This document shows, in pieces, positions 26,870 through 40,099 of a DNA stretch of 64,000 bases. A model generated the notes under the pieces. The model worked only from the letters and a program-made list of their open reading frames with translations, had not been told where the DNA came from and ran no database searches. The translations under genes were made by a program, and so were the position numbers. The stretch's first letter is position 1, and every line of letters begins with the position of its first letter. Source of the DNA: Podarcis liolepis (Eukaryota); assembly GCA_965112155.1 (NCBI GenBank), contig OZ218107.1; one strand, 5' to 3'.

Positions 26870-27090
26870 TATCCGCCAATCACCCATTCCCACCACCCTT
26901 CTGAGTAATACCCCTCCCCACCTTCTCACTATATAGAAGGATCTGGCAACTTCTGTTTCAGTGTATCTGAAGAAGTGTGCATGCACACGAAAGCTCATAC
27001 CAAGAACTAACTTAGTTGGTCTTTAAGGTGCTACTGGAAGGAATTTTTTTATTTTGACTATGGCAGACCAACACGGCTACCTATCTGTAA
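26870..27090 (+). mobile_element. Penelope-like element terminal repeat fragment
   Basis: Recognisable string tctgaagaagtgtgcatgcacacgaaagctcatacc...gtctttaaggtgctactgga...gaccaacacggctac. CCAAT (26876) and TATATA (26930) lie upstream of a hammerhead core. Confidence 0.8.
26963..27000 (+). ncRNA. Minimal type I hammerhead ribozyme motif (Penelope type)
   Basis: GUAU-CUGAAGA-A-GUGUGC-AU-GCACAC-GAAA-GC-UC-AUAC. Stem I GUAU/AUAC, core CUGANGA, 6-bp stem II, GAAA, palindromic AGCU in place of stem III, UH site. Confidence 0.75.
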
Positions 27091-27292
27091 TTAGAATTTA
27101 CTGAATTTCGAATTATTACCAATAACACCTTGTTTTGACTAGACCACTTTGGGGGTGATATAATGTTCTTGCTCACGTACAGAGTCTTCCTGTTAACTGG
27201 AAGTTCAATAGCCTTAGGTCTCTTTATCATGAAATGATTTAGCCCACATATTGTATTTGAAGGCAAAGTAATAGATTAAACAGGTAATAGAA

Positions 27293-27417
27293 CAGGGGTG
27301 GGGAACCTGTTTGCCCATCAGATGATGATGCACTACAGCTTCCATCCTCTCCAAGCAGCATGTCACTCATCTGTGAGTCCCAACAGCATCTGAAGGGCCA
27401 CAAGTTTCCCATCCCTG
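27293..27417. mobile_element. Decayed hAT MITE
   Basis: caggggtggggaacct ... agtttcccatccctg. No clear TSD. Confidence 0.7.
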
Positions 27418-27726
27418 GCGCAAAATAAGACATTAAATTGGGCATTTTGGTTGAAAAAAACCCTAAAAAGATGAGGGAACTTGCTTTAATGCTTACAGAT
27501 GCTCTTAAAAGAATGAAGCAACTCTATTCACAACAATAGAAAAATATCAAGCAATAAGAATACAAAGCTATTAAACTGAATTAAATAAAAAACAACCATG
27601 CATACATAGTGCAAAACCAGCAACAACTGAAACAAAATTCAAAATAATTTTGACTCAAACATCTTCCCAGAGAGACAGGACTGAACCTGACATATAAATA
27701 TCCAAAGCATTGGATCCTGGATACTA

Positions 27727-27962
27727 CAGTGGTGCCTCGCAAGACGAAAAGAATTCGTTCCGCAAGTCTTTTCATCTTGCGAAGCACGGTCCGTCGCAAC
27801 TGCGCCTCTTCAAGCGGCTTTAAAAAAAAAGCGCAATACATTTTCGTCTTGCGAAGCAAGCCCATAGGGAAATTCGCCTAGCGAAGCAATGCAAAACCGA
27901 AAAACCCTTTCATCTAGCGAGTTTTTCGTCTTGCGAGGCATTCGTCTTGCGGGGCACCACTG
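27727..27962. mobile_element. Tigger-like MITE, family A (shorter variant)
   Basis: TA|cagtggtgcctcgcaagacgaa ... ttcgtcttgcggggcaccactg|TA. Shares both ends with 15410-15737. Confidence 0.92.
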
Positions 27963-30639
27963 TATAAGAAAGGCATTCCATAAAAGTATACTTTGTGTAG
28001 CAAAAATAATCAAACTAACATTAATAGTCCAGCTTTTGTTGTATTGCTGATATTAAAATATATAATGGGAGTATGTCAGAAATAAATTGAAACAATCAAG
28101 TTTAATCTTGGGATAGTATACTTTTGTAAAAATGGAAGGTCTAACAAGAATTATAGGCCATTTGAGAAAGAGTTTTCTAATGCTCTCAGCCATTATTTCA
28201 ATCTGTATATGTTGAATCAAATCTCTGCAATACTGCAATATTTTGTTTATTTAAAATAGTCATACTTTGTTTCTTAGCTATAGTTACTGAGGCAGTTCAC
28301 AGCATGAATTAAAATAATATCAACAGGAAAATGCAATGATCAAAAAACCTAAAAATCAACGTTAAAAAATATAATACAGCAGTTGAATCCAATTTAAAAC
28401 AGCCACAGATCAGAGAATTAAACCCCATCAAAAGCCTGAGACAATAGCAACATTAATATGCATGAAAGATGATATTTAAATACTTCAAGGGAATTTCATA
28501 GATGAGATGTTGCAAACGAGTAGTCCCTATCTCTGTATTGTTTGTTTGTTTGTTTGTTTAAAATATTTATATGCTGTCCACCTGCCAGACTTGCCCTGTG
28601 GCAGATGGAGAAGATAAGGATCTCACCCTGATCTGAAACATACCAGAGCAGTTCACAGTACACAGCACAATTCAAATTCATATATTAAAACCACAATAAA
28701 TTTCCAACAACTGAAGCCAAAATAATTCAACCTGAGCTGGGAATTAACAACCAACAAATACCTGGCTAAGCAACTGGACTTCTAAGCAGGTGCTGAAAAC
28801 TCAACAGAATTGGCACCTGCCTTATTTTAAGTTGTTGTTATTTAGTAACTATTATTATAGTTACTTTATCTTGCCCAGGGCAACAGAAAGCAACTTGCAA
28901 CAAACAGGTTGCCACCTGCCTCACTTTAGGAGATGGAGCACTCTGAGCAGGGCCTCTGATGATGCTCTTAATAGGCATGTTTGCGTGGGAGCAGGCAGAC
29001 TATCAAGTATCCCACCATTCTTAATCTGTTAATAGTAAACTCTAGGGACAAGAGCCTATGCCACACTAGCAGATATTGTAGAACTTTCCCTTACCATTTT
29101 TGCCTGAAGCACTGGCACTCCCAAATCTGCTCCAAAGGCCTCCCTATCCCTCTAGAACAAGTTTTGTGGGTGTGCTGGAGAGGGAGAGGAAATACCATTT
29201 GTACAAGTGGAAGCCCAACACACAAGCAGGTTAGCACACTAGATGTTACCATAGGAGTCCTAAAACATTCAGCAATTTTCTCATTATAAACAGGGCCTCC
29301 CCCAAATTTTAGTGAAAACAAATTAAAAATTGTCTTTTTCTCCCCACTCCTCCTCTCCCTAAAATTGCTTTTGCCTCATTGGGAAAACCCACATCATACT
29401 CAGTACAGCACAGTAGTAGACCCTTAGTCAAAAGCTTCACCATAAGAATTCCCAAAGTAGAAGCAACCTACAGTTTTCAGTGTGCTAAACTTCTTACAAA
29501 ATGCAAATCTGTGTAGTTTACTGGACCCAGGAGCATGTTTCTGTAGTTCAAGTAGTGATGATAGCCTTGAGTATATTTTAATACAGTTCTTTGAGCATGC
29601 AATTCTTTTGATGACTAGCACAGTCAACAAGCAGGGGCTAGAGGAAGTACATTCTCTGGTTACCAAACAGTTGTGCTAAATAGTGGGATTGTGATAAACA
29701 GCTTCTGTTCTTTAATTGATGGCTGCTTGTTTGAAACCTGCTCTGCTCTGTTGCTATTTGTGGGTTGCATGTAAGTGTCAGTGGTGTCCCTCTTCTGGAA
29801 GGCTCTGCTGTGTGCCTCAGGCCATATCTCTTCCATTCCTGAAAGTTTTCAATTTTAAGTGGCCCATTGCTTGTTAACTTTAAATTACCGTTGCTTAAAT
29901 TGGAAGGATTGGAGATCCTAAATCTTGACTCTCATGACAAAAACAAAACCATGACAACTGCTCCCTTTGCAGCCAGGAAGGCTGCTCTCATACTCAGAGC
30001 TAAAAAAATTATTATGCTAAATAAGATGCAAAATAATGTGGCACTACACTCTTTAGCCAGATTGATAAGTGATGTGCAGGAATATGATGGATGAACAAGT
30101 AAACAAGTCTGAATTCCACTAAATTCAGTTTTGGATAACCTAATATATGCTTCAAGTACAGAGCATACACTAAAGCCAAGGTCTGAGGTGGCCAGCCATC
30201 AGCCAATTTTTGCACTTTCAAATATAAGCATTATATTCAATTAAAATGTTGCCTGCCTCTTCAGCAGCATGTTTTGCATTCTGTCACAATGCTGTTATGA
30301 CACTATAGACATTTAGGATCTTCTTATTATAGCTATTTTAGTTCCTGCTAAGTTTTTTCTGGACTTCTCCCAAGTTTCAACTCTTCACTCTAAGCTTGCC
30401 TTTGTAAATTGATGTCATTGTGAGGTGCCTCAAAATATTCGACATGCTTGTGCTCTATTCACATTCTCCTGGGAGTATTCAAGGGAACTGATGAAGTAGC
30501 CTATAAAAGCTAAACTTTCCGTTTATTCATTTTCACAAGACTCTTACCATTTCCCTTTCAAAACTAAGTGAATATGGGCAGAATTTGCCATTCCCAATCC
30601 ATAATGCTTTAATAATAAGAAACAAACAAATAAGTATAA

Positions 30640-31310
30640 ATTTGTAATTTATTGGGACACCTTTCTGGGGCCTCAAGTTATTACAAACAAGCCATGTTTA
30701 GTAACTGTTGTCTGCTCAGTGAAACTTAAAGGATTACTGTGGCCGGAATGGAGGGGATTGGGGTCTACTACTGTTGGACTTGATTGACTGATGTTTGGTT
30801 TTAAAAAAATATTTAAAGACAGCAGCTCCTCATGCAAAATCCCAGATATACAAAACATTTAAAATACAATTTAAAACCATACAGAATGGTTATAAAAATA
30901 ATCCACTCATCTTAAAAGCTTAAACCACTGACTAGGCCTGTTGACACAATAAAAGTCTTCAATACTTTTTCTTTAGGTTAGAAGTGAGGATGCCTACCAA
31001 ATCCCTGCTGGAATACCTGATTTCTAGTCAAAGCCAGTTTGTTGTCCCACATGGTCCAGAAGCTTAACAGCACTCCATGACTTCAGTGATGGAGCTGTGA
31101 TATAAGCGTTCAGGTTATCCTTAAAGGTATCCTAATTGTTTAGGGCTTTGTATGTAAATACAAGACCCTTGAACCTGGCTCAGTGGTATATAGGCAGCCA
31201 GCGCAGATGTTTTAACAATAGTGTTGCATGCTGTTGGCTGCCTGACCCCATCAGCAGTCTAGCCAATACATTCTGCACTACCTTCAGCTTCTCAATCAGG
31301 CCGCAAAGCA
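30640..31310 (-). mobile_element. Decayed L2 LINE fragment
   Basis: ORF 31180..31518 includes KLKVVQNVLARLLMG...LLKHLRWLPI, a typical L2 ORF2 motif. Tail-like sequence near 30640. Confidence 0.7.
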
Positions 31311-31589
31311 GCCAAACATAGAGCACATTGACAGATGGATGAAGCCTGCTTGAAGCTGAGTTGCTACCACAGTCTGAAGGCCCTTTTGTGCCATGCCTAA
31401 AGGACCCAGCCGCCGCCCCCCCAAGTCCAGACTCGGCCTGGTTCAGTGTTGGGTTGAGCAAAGAGTGATAACCATAGCCTGTTATCCTTTTTGTCAATAA
31501 GGAGTAAAAATATTTCAACTTTCGCAGTCAAAATCTCGGTAATCCTAAAATTTGGCAGCATGACTAGCAACACGCATATTCAGAGGCTG

Positions 31590-31737
31590 TAGGAACATAA
31601 GAAACTGACCCAAACTGAGTCAAACCATTGGTTCATCCCACCCAGTGCTTTCCACATTAGCTGATAGTGATCCTCCGGGGATCTACTTGAGCATGGTGGA
31701 ACCCCTTCATAAAAAGCATGCACTCTCCCACTGAACA
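31590..31737 (-). mobile_element. tRNA-derived SINE with CR1-like tail (Squam3-like), decayed
   Basis: aggaacataagaaactgacccaaactgagtcaaaccattggttcatc...aagcatgcactctcccactga. Related tails on + at about 41945-42000 and 44436-44485. Confidence 0.55.
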
Positions 31738-31749
31738 AGTAATTTGTAC

Positions 31750-31835
31750 AAAGCATAGAAGCATAGTATTTTAGAAGGGACCAAAAGGATCTTTCTAGTC
31801 CAACCCCCTGCAATGCAGGAATCTTTTGCCCAATG
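31750..31835 (-). mobile_element. CR1 3' tail fragment (second family)
   Basis: catagaagcatagtattttagaagggaccaaaaggatctttctagtccaaccccctgcaatgcaggaatc is a typical reversed CR1 end. Confidence 0.6.
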
Positions 31836-33290
31836 TTTGAAGCATTTGTCAACATATCCATTCTCAGTGTGACTGTAATTTCCATTGTCGTTGCTGCCAC
31901 ATTATAGATCTGTTTATATGAAATTTGCACAGCCAGTGAGCATTGTCAGTGGAATGCAAGATAGTAGTACCCTTGTTACAGCAGGGAGGAGCGAATTAGA
32001 AAACACATAATTGTGACTGAGCCAGGGAGGTTAGGAATTCAGAATGCTGTCCATCCAACATTCACCTGATAGTTTTGGCATGCCCTTAGTGGTTACTCAT
32101 CATCATCTGTAAAAGCTGTTGTATAAAATAATAATGAAGTAATAATGGCTTTCAGGGTTGCTTGGTGGATAAATGAAGTAAGGTTTGAAAGTACATTGCA
32201 TATTAAAAGCCTTAAAATTACCAATAGACATGCTTTTCTGTACGGAAGGGTACAATACTCCATGAAGTTTAACTGTCCTTGCTTTAAAAAATAGCATTTA
32301 TTTCAGGAGGATACAAAAGAACAAATACAATATATTATATTATGTGCTTTGATAGAATTTCTTTTTCTTCTTTTTAATTTTAATTTCATGGTAAATGAGT
32401 ATCTTTAATGAAACAGTATCCTAATTAATTAATATTGATATGCTAGTATTTGTATATTCCTCCAAGGGATATGCAATTATTACCAGTCTTTCCACCAAAC
32501 ATACTGAAGCTTTGTTTCCTACTCTTGTCTTAATTCTGACATGGCAGCAAAGAACAACATACAGGCACAAACCTACAGCCTTCAGAATTGAATGACAGCA
32601 GCCTGCCCTTTCAGCTTCGGCTCAGGGGGAGGGGCAAATTGTAAGGAGGCCCCTTTCCTCTGAGTCCTTGATCTGAGAGGAAGAATACCCCATTGCACAG
32701 TAAGGGAAAGAACTGGCCTTGGAGAATGTGTGACTCAGGTGTTCATTCTCTGTGCCTAATTTGTCTCTTCCATTGGGTCCTTAAAACTGTGAGGGGAAAT
32801 ATCCTCTTGCAATTTAAAGAGTGATGATGAATTGGAAGAATGGTCCTTGAAGGCATTATCTAAGCCAGTTCCCTCCTCTCAGCCTCAAAGATGGACTTTT
32901 TCAGAGGCCAAAGCTAGAAGAAAATAACCCTCCCCACCTTGTCCAGCCAACACAGTTTTGTGCCTTTAGTGTTGCAGTTCCAGGGAGGAAGGTTGCTTGT
33001 TTTATTTATGCATTGAGCCCATCAACCTCCCACAATGGCTTCATGCATGAAGAAAATAAGAGCAAGCTCACACAGCTCAAGGGTGGCCAGGTATCAGGTG
33101 TCCTGCTTAATACTGGATGGTTTGGTTTTTCTAGAGCTTTCTGGACCCGTGTCCTCTTTTCCTAGATGTCTGTTAAAACTCCAGTAAACCATGTGCAAGG
33201 AAGGGGGTTCCAAAGTAGTCAGTTGTCAGTGGCTTTTTCTTTTTTGATGTAATAAATCAGAAACCTGGCAGCCCTGCTGCTACTGCTTCC

Positions 33291-33333
<43 letters not shown>
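33291..33333. repeat. (AAT)n microsatellite
   Basis: Directly visible. Confidence 0.97.
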
Positions 33334-33334
<1 letters not shown>

Positions 33335-33798
33335 GATTTTAATTCTCCTGGGAATGCCAGTACACAATGACATACTGTTGTTTCCCTTTCCTGGGACATT
33401 GTATGGAAAAGCAAATGGCTGACATTTGTCATTGGAATTTGAAAGGACGGTACATCATCATGTACACTTCCTTCCCAATAGCATTTGTGTGTGTACCAAC
33501 TCTCCACCATCCAGTCCCAGGGTGGGTAATGTACAGCTCCATATAACAAGTAAAACCAAGTACTATGTAAACATTGCTAAATCATAAATTAAATTGAATC
33601 AACAGCATTCAGAAAGAGTGACAGCATAACAATTTGTGCAGTGTGGCAGCAGAACTATGCAATTTCACCTGTTTTCCCCTACCCCCTTTGTTATTGATGA
33701 CGTCTTTCCATAAGTCTCTCTGCAGGACATTGGCAAGTGGCTGGAACAACTCATTTGGCCTCCACCCCAAATGTCACATCATGTGAGCACATTCAGGA

Positions 33799-33969
33799 CA
33801 GTGGTTCCCAGCTGGTGGTCCATGGACCCCAGGGGGTCTGCGCAACCCACCCAGGGGGTCAGCGGCCCCATTCACATAACAAAAACTACCATAGAGATAC
33901 TAAAGTTTTCAAAAGTAGGGAGTGCATGGCTTGGTTTTTGAAAAATGGGTTCTGCATTGGGAACCACTG
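33799..33969. mobile_element. hAT MITE
   Basis: TIR cagtggttccca/tgggaaccactg. Imperfect 8-bp TSD attcagga/atttaaga. Confidence 0.8.
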
Positions 33970-36329
33970 ATTTAAGAGATAAATTGCAGTGTGTATAAGC
34001 ATTAGTCTTGGACCTGCAGAACTTGAGCTTGGATAAGTGCAGCCTCCCTTCCTGCTTAGCCAACACAAGGAGCCCTTGATTGGGATAACTATGAGTACCC
34101 CTTCCTATCATTTCTCTGCAAAAGATCATTTTGGCAGTAGAGAAAGGCTGATTTTTCATTACTGGAAAGATAGTGAGTAGACGAGGATTTGGACTCTGAA
34201 AACGCATCTACTGCTAGCCCAGTTTCACTAGCACACCCTCATCAAACAGATCCCTTTGATGGAAAGGATGGGTCTTCTGTTTCACCATCCTAATTCCAGG
34301 ATGGAAAAGGAGTCACTCATAGCAAGATAATAAATTGCCGCAAAAAAGTTGAGGTGTTGTACAGACACTCTGTAAAAAAACACACCACAAACCTGTTTTC
34401 AAAGTTCTTTTTATCACAGATTGGCGCAGAGAAAATAGAAAGTGTATTTCATTTTAAACATAAAAGCTTTTTCTGCAAAATACATTGCTATTGTATTGTG
34501 TATACATTAGCATCTTACATACAGAGAAAAATATATTAAGCTGCAAATAATAATAATATCCCCAAACAATTAAAGTAAAAAATGTTCTGGTAATTAACTA
34601 TTATTTTTCACAAAACTAGTCTAATTATGTATCAGTCATGCTGAAATGAAAGGTCAATAACTACAGATGCATAATTTCCTTTTGATAGATTGCTGTTTGA
34701 AAATAGGTTTATGACAATTATGTGATTAATTTCCTTTTATTAAATAGCATTATGAAACTTCATGATGCATTCATCTGTTTATTACTGTTTCTTTTTCTGT
34801 TTAGTTAGAATTTAATGGTGGATGCAATCTAACCTCAGTAGAAAATCTAGATAGCTAGACATTGCCTTTTAAAATAGTCTCCGATGGCATGTTAATTTTG
34901 TAGTGTCTGTGAATTCTGGGTGGTGAATAATCACACACACATTCCTTTTCAGTCAACAAAACCTCATCTGTATCAGAGCAAATCGGCAATTCATGTTCCT
35001 TGCTGAATAAGTAATAGTATTGTGCATTGTTCCTGAGAGGTGCATATTATTATTTCTCAATATTAGCTCCCAGCCTTAGTTTGGAGTTTATACAACCAAG
35101 AAGAATACAAAAAAGCTAAAGATTATGAAACACTTTACACAATAAAAGTGGTGTATAAAGTGGTGTTTGAACTGATCGTATTTGCCTCCTTCACAAGCCT
35201 TGAATCTTTCTGTTACATATCAGCCATCTAACCATAAGATGCTCTTTAACATGGTAAGTGCTCCTAGGTCTGAGCATGGAAAATGAATTTGCAGTCAAAA
35301 GAACTTACAAAAATATACATTTTGATTGCAGAATGACAGATATGTTTTCTGTTGCAATCATTCATCACTGTATTTGTGAACTTCCCCTAATATTTCAATT
35401 GACTAATTCACAAAGGCAACAAGAAAGATTTTAGCTGATAAATTAGACGGGGGAGAGATGTCCTACGTCTTCTTGAACCTATACTTTTGTTACATTGTCA
35501 CCTTTTAAAGGAAACATATAGCTTCCATAAGTGACTAGGGTTTTTTCCTCTTTAGAGAGCATTTAATGATGAGTGCAATCTAACCTCAGTAGAAAATCCA
35601 GGTAGCTGTGTTTGGGTTTATTAAATTTGTGTATCTCTTGCCACTAAAATGTGCCAAAGTGACTTACAAGCAACTAAAATATGTATAGTAACTGATTACC
35701 TAGCTAGATCATTTTCTTTTAAAATGGTCCCTGATATTAATTGTATGGTACCAGTGGTGCTTAGGAAAGTTTGCTTATTTTATAATAAACATTATTGAAC
35801 AGTGAGTTACAGAGGCCGATTCAGGATACTGTCTATTTATGTAGTTCCATTGATGTCTGTATCCTTTGAAGACTACAGTCAGAAAAGCTACAGACTTGAA
35901 TTGGCTTTGATTTGCAGTACATTTGCCAGCATTTCCAATTGTTCTGCAGAAGAAAGTTGAGAGCAAGGTGGTTTGAGGACTTGGACTCATTGGGAAAAAA
36001 AGAGGGTGCCCTACGCCTTTTCCAGGTTGGCTACAGTATTTCACAACAGAAAAATAAAAACACAGTACACATGCCACCAAATAAAATGAATTTGAATTAA
36101 AACCACCGCAGAAGACTGGCCCAGGTTAGCCAGATATTTATCAGAAGGAGAAAACGGTATACTGTAAGCCTTCTGAAAACATTTCAAATATAGTTGTAGG
36201 TGGCCTATGTGAGATAGATGTATGACTTTTTTGCTAGCTCCACCAGTGTAGTTCCTAAGTTACATTTTCAACTTCACACTTTCCATTGTGTCTCCTAAAT
36301 TGTCTCAGTTGTAATTGGTTTTGTAAACT

Positions 36330-37515
36330 TTCCTACAATCATGCAGGGGTCAATCCAGACCTGCCAAAGAATTTAGATTTTTACAATGTTCTTTTAGGTA
36401 TACTCTGTAAGTATCCCATTTTCTATTAAATGTTTGTTCTGTAACATCTCTAAGTCTTCCTGTCATTCTTGCTAACTGTGTATTCTAGCATTTTTGTCTG
36501 CCAGTCCAACTTAGTAGGAATAGATTCTCCTTTCCATTCTTTTGCTATTAAGATTCTTGCTGCAGCTATTGCATACATAAAAATTCTCCTTAGACTTTTT
36601 GGAATATCGTTACTCATTATTCCCAGCAGAAAGGCTTCAGGCTTTTTTTGGAAAGAAAATTTAAACATTTTCTGAAGCTCATTATATATTATATCCCAAA
36701 ATTCTCTCTTCTTTTTACAATTCCACCACATATGGATTATCGTGTCTTCTGCCTTTCTGCATCTCCAGCAAATGCTTGACCTGGTTTTATACATTTTAGC
36801 CAGTTTTGAAGGTGTTAGGTACCAACGGTAAAGCATTTCGATAAAATTCTCTTTCAAATTATAGCACACGGTGAATTTCAAGTCATAATCTTTCCCATGC
36901 TTCCATTTGAATGTTGTAGCCAAAATCTTTGGCTCATTGGACCATTACCGATTTTACTTCTTCCTCCTTGACTTCCCACTCTAGAAGGAGTCGGAGTCTG
37001 TACATTTTAGAGAGTGGTTTTTCTTTAATTTCAATTAATTATTTCTCGAATCTTGATAGTTCTGTGGAAAAGCCCTTCTGTTTGTCTTTTTTGAATGTCC
37101 CATTTAGCTGGAAATATTGTAGCCAGTCTGTTAAGTGGGTTCCAATTTCCTCATTATTATTTTTTTAGCTTCAGCCTATTTTTTAGCTTCTTCCAATAAA
37201 ACTTTGCAAGTTGCCCAATTTCCTCTCATGTTTTTTTTTCTTGACTGAGAATGCTTCTATCAGGGATAGCTGCCATGGTGTTTTAGGTTCTAACACGCCC
37301 TTATATTTAGCCCACACCATGTATAGCAATTTTCTTACCACATGGTTCAAAAAACCTTTGTGGACTTTAACATTTTCATAGCCTAGATAAGCATGCCGTC
37401 TGTACCGATTATCAAATCCTTCCACATCTAGAAAACCAGTGTTTTTTAACATCAACCATTCCCGGATCCAGGAGAGACGAGCCACCTCATGGTATCATTT
37501 CAAATCCGGCAGTGT
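36330..37515 (-). mobile_element. Degenerate L1-clade LINE, 3' part of ORF2
   Basis: ORF 36450..36923 has LYRWYLTPSKLAKMY...CWRCRKAEDTIIHMWWNC (CCHC zinc knuckle typical of the L1/Tx1 ORF2 C-terminus). ORF 37183..37485 (ARLSWIREW) continues it across frameshifts. Boundaries approximate. Confidence 0.85.
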
Positions 37516-39318
37516 GCCTTTCTGGTCCTCAGAGGCACACTCCCATTTTAAAGCCATCTAAACTACTGGGACATATCACATTTTGAAGCAGTGAATTATG
37601 CAACAAGTTAAAGCTGCATTATGTGAACATGCTTTTGCTAAGTCTGTCCTGACCCTACTGTCAGTCAGCTTCATTAGATAACCCAAAGATCTCAAATTGG
37701 GGGTTGGTGGGGAGGATTGTCTTCATTTTCTCATTGTTGCTTACAATTGCTCATTATTTGTCCACTTACATTTGCTTTTAAGCACTATTATCTCTTTCAT
37801 GCTATCAAATAGATTCTACAGACTCTTAATTACAGTTGATATCTTTACGACTAAACAACAACATCTTTCTATTCTATCCTCAGTATTCTGTCACGATACC
37901 CCTATCCAAGCATCCTACCACTCCTCACACATGTGATTCCCATTGTGCAAAAGGAGGCTTGGGTGCACACTTCCTGATCACCTTCCCTTCTTCCCTCCCA
38001 TTGCTGCCACCATTCCCACATCCCTTCACAGTGGTGTTGCACCAGAGGGAGTGGCAAGACATTTGAAACACTTTAGTTTTCTTCTCCATCGCAGACTGGG
38101 AGGTGCTCCTCCTATCCTGGCACTGTGATGAATAGCAAAAACAAAGCTTTCCTCCTCCCTTATTACAGTACTAGAGTCCAGGGGGACCTCATACCTTAGT
38201 ACTTTGTTAGGAAGAAACCCTCCCTCCTAGGCTGAGTGAATGGATTAAGTGTGCCTGCCCTCTGGAAAGTGAGAGTGTATTTGCTTGTCTGCCCCCAACT
38301 TCATTTGGTTGATTGCTTGTCTTCCTGTTTGCCTGTATGTGTGGGTGTATATTCTATCTGTATGTGTGGGTGTGTCTGCATCAGTCGTGTGACTTTTGGC
38401 CACACCTACTGCTGGCATGTGGCCCTTGCAAGGTTGATTGAACCACACACAAATTTCACTTGTCATCTGACTGTCCAATGCTTTGGGAATTCCTTGAAAC
38501 CTACCTGTAATTTACCATTCTGACTATTTAGGAACACACTAGACTTTACGTTAAAAGCATTTTTTAACTAACATGCTTAAAACGGGCCATGCTTTTGAAA
38601 GAAAGGAAACAAGTAGTTTCAAGCGTTCTTGATTCTTAAGCAGGATGGCAGATAGGGAGAGGAGCAAGTCTTTCCTCCCATGCACTTTTCTCCTGAAAAC
38701 CCCCCTCTGCTGCCAAGCCTGCTGTTTGACACCAGAGAGTCTGGTTGCTGAAAACACTGGCTTGAGGGGTTAATATTCAGTGGAAATATGGCGTAGGAGC
38801 AAAAGGATTTATTTTCTTTTAAAAACACACACACCCTGGACAGTGGCTGCTATCTAAAGAAAGAGAGATGACTAGTTCAAAGCATTCTATTTTGAATAAG
38901 CTTTTAATCCAGCAAGAAGTTATGCCCTCACTGTCACCTGCAACTTTCCTTTCTCACTTTTCTACCTCACATTGGAGCATTAATACCACAAGTTCCACCA
39001 GAGACCCTTGGGGACCCTTCCATTTATTTCCCTCTATTGTGATGTTGTTCATTTATTTTTTTGTAGTGCTTTCTGTTTTTGAGTAGCTATTGATCATTAA
39101 GGAGACCTATCCTCTGATCCCATGAGTTTGATGTTGTTGTTTCCTTTCCCCATGAGCTGCTGTTCTCGAACTTTGTTTAAAAGCTTTCTGAGTCCCAATA
39201 ACATACTGCACACCAGTTCAACAGATCTGTTGCTGAAACCTGTCATCTGTCTATTCTAAGACCTCTCCTTTACAGACACCATATTGATTCTAGTATGGCA
39301 TCTGTTTTCCCTCTGTCA

Positions 39319-39623
39319 GGCTGCATTTACACAGCAGATTATTCAGTTTTCCTGACATTTCCCTAACTGCTAATTTCCACATTATATTTTAGCTTTCACA
39401 CGACATAAAAACCACTTCCAGAAATATAGTGGAATATAGTTGAAGGTTAGCACTCATCTCCATGTTATTTGCAGACATTTTCCTCTCTAGAAGCCTGTTA
39501 CATGGAAATGAGCAGTAAACTTGCACTGTATCCACTATATTTCTGGAAGTGGCTTTTACATTATGTGAAAACTAAAATATAATGCAGAAATTAACAGTTA
39601 GAAAAATGTCAGAAAAACTAAAT
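39319..39623. repeat. Long imperfect inverted repeat (PIF/Harbinger-like MITE remnant)
   Basis: 39340-39440 aligns to the reverse complement of about 39524-39623. Starts ggctgcatttacac. A related single arm lies at about 500-610. Confidence 0.8.
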
Positions 39624-39722
39624 GGGCCTTTGACCTGATCCAGCAGGGCTCTGCTTATGATAAATCGCAATTTTTGTGGGCTATTGTACATGTTTTAACT
39701 GCACTACTTTTCATAGTATTTA

Positions 39723-39943
39723 CAGTTGTATCTCGGGTCAAGAACTTAATTTGTTCCAGAGGTTTGTTCTTAACTTGAAACGGTTCTTAACCTGAGGTGC
39801 GCTTTCACTAATGGGGCCTCCTGTTGCCACTACACCACTGGCATTTCTGTTCTTATCCTGGGGCAAAGTTCTTAACCTGGAGCAACCACTTACTGGTTAG
39901 CGGAGTTTGTAACCTCAAGAGTCTGTAACCCGAGGTACCACTG
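39723..39943. mobile_element. Tigger-like MITE, family B (opposite orientation, more diverged)
   Basis: TA|cagttgtatctcgggtcaagaacttaat ... gtaacccgaggtaccactg|TA. Aligns to the reverse complement of 53312-53537. Confidence 0.88.
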
Positions 39944-39964
39944 TACTAGGGATAGCGATTGCTC

Positions 39965-40099
39965 CAGGTTTCCCAAATCTGGTATACTTAAAATGTTTTA
40001 GACTACAACTTCCCATCATCTTTGACCATTGGTCATGCTGGCTGGGTTTAATGGAAATTGTAGTTCAGATATCTAGAGGGTACCAGATTGAGGAACACT
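39965..40099. mobile_element. Decayed hAT-type palindromic MITE
   Basis: Same gactacaacttcccatcatc...gaaattgtagttc core as the 4998, 56408 and 58708 copies. Confidence 0.7.

Noticed and set aside
31813-31824. atgcaggaatct (MQES), like the FOXP2 N-terminus
   Set aside because: The following sequence does not encode ATETISNSS and it lies in a CR1 tail.
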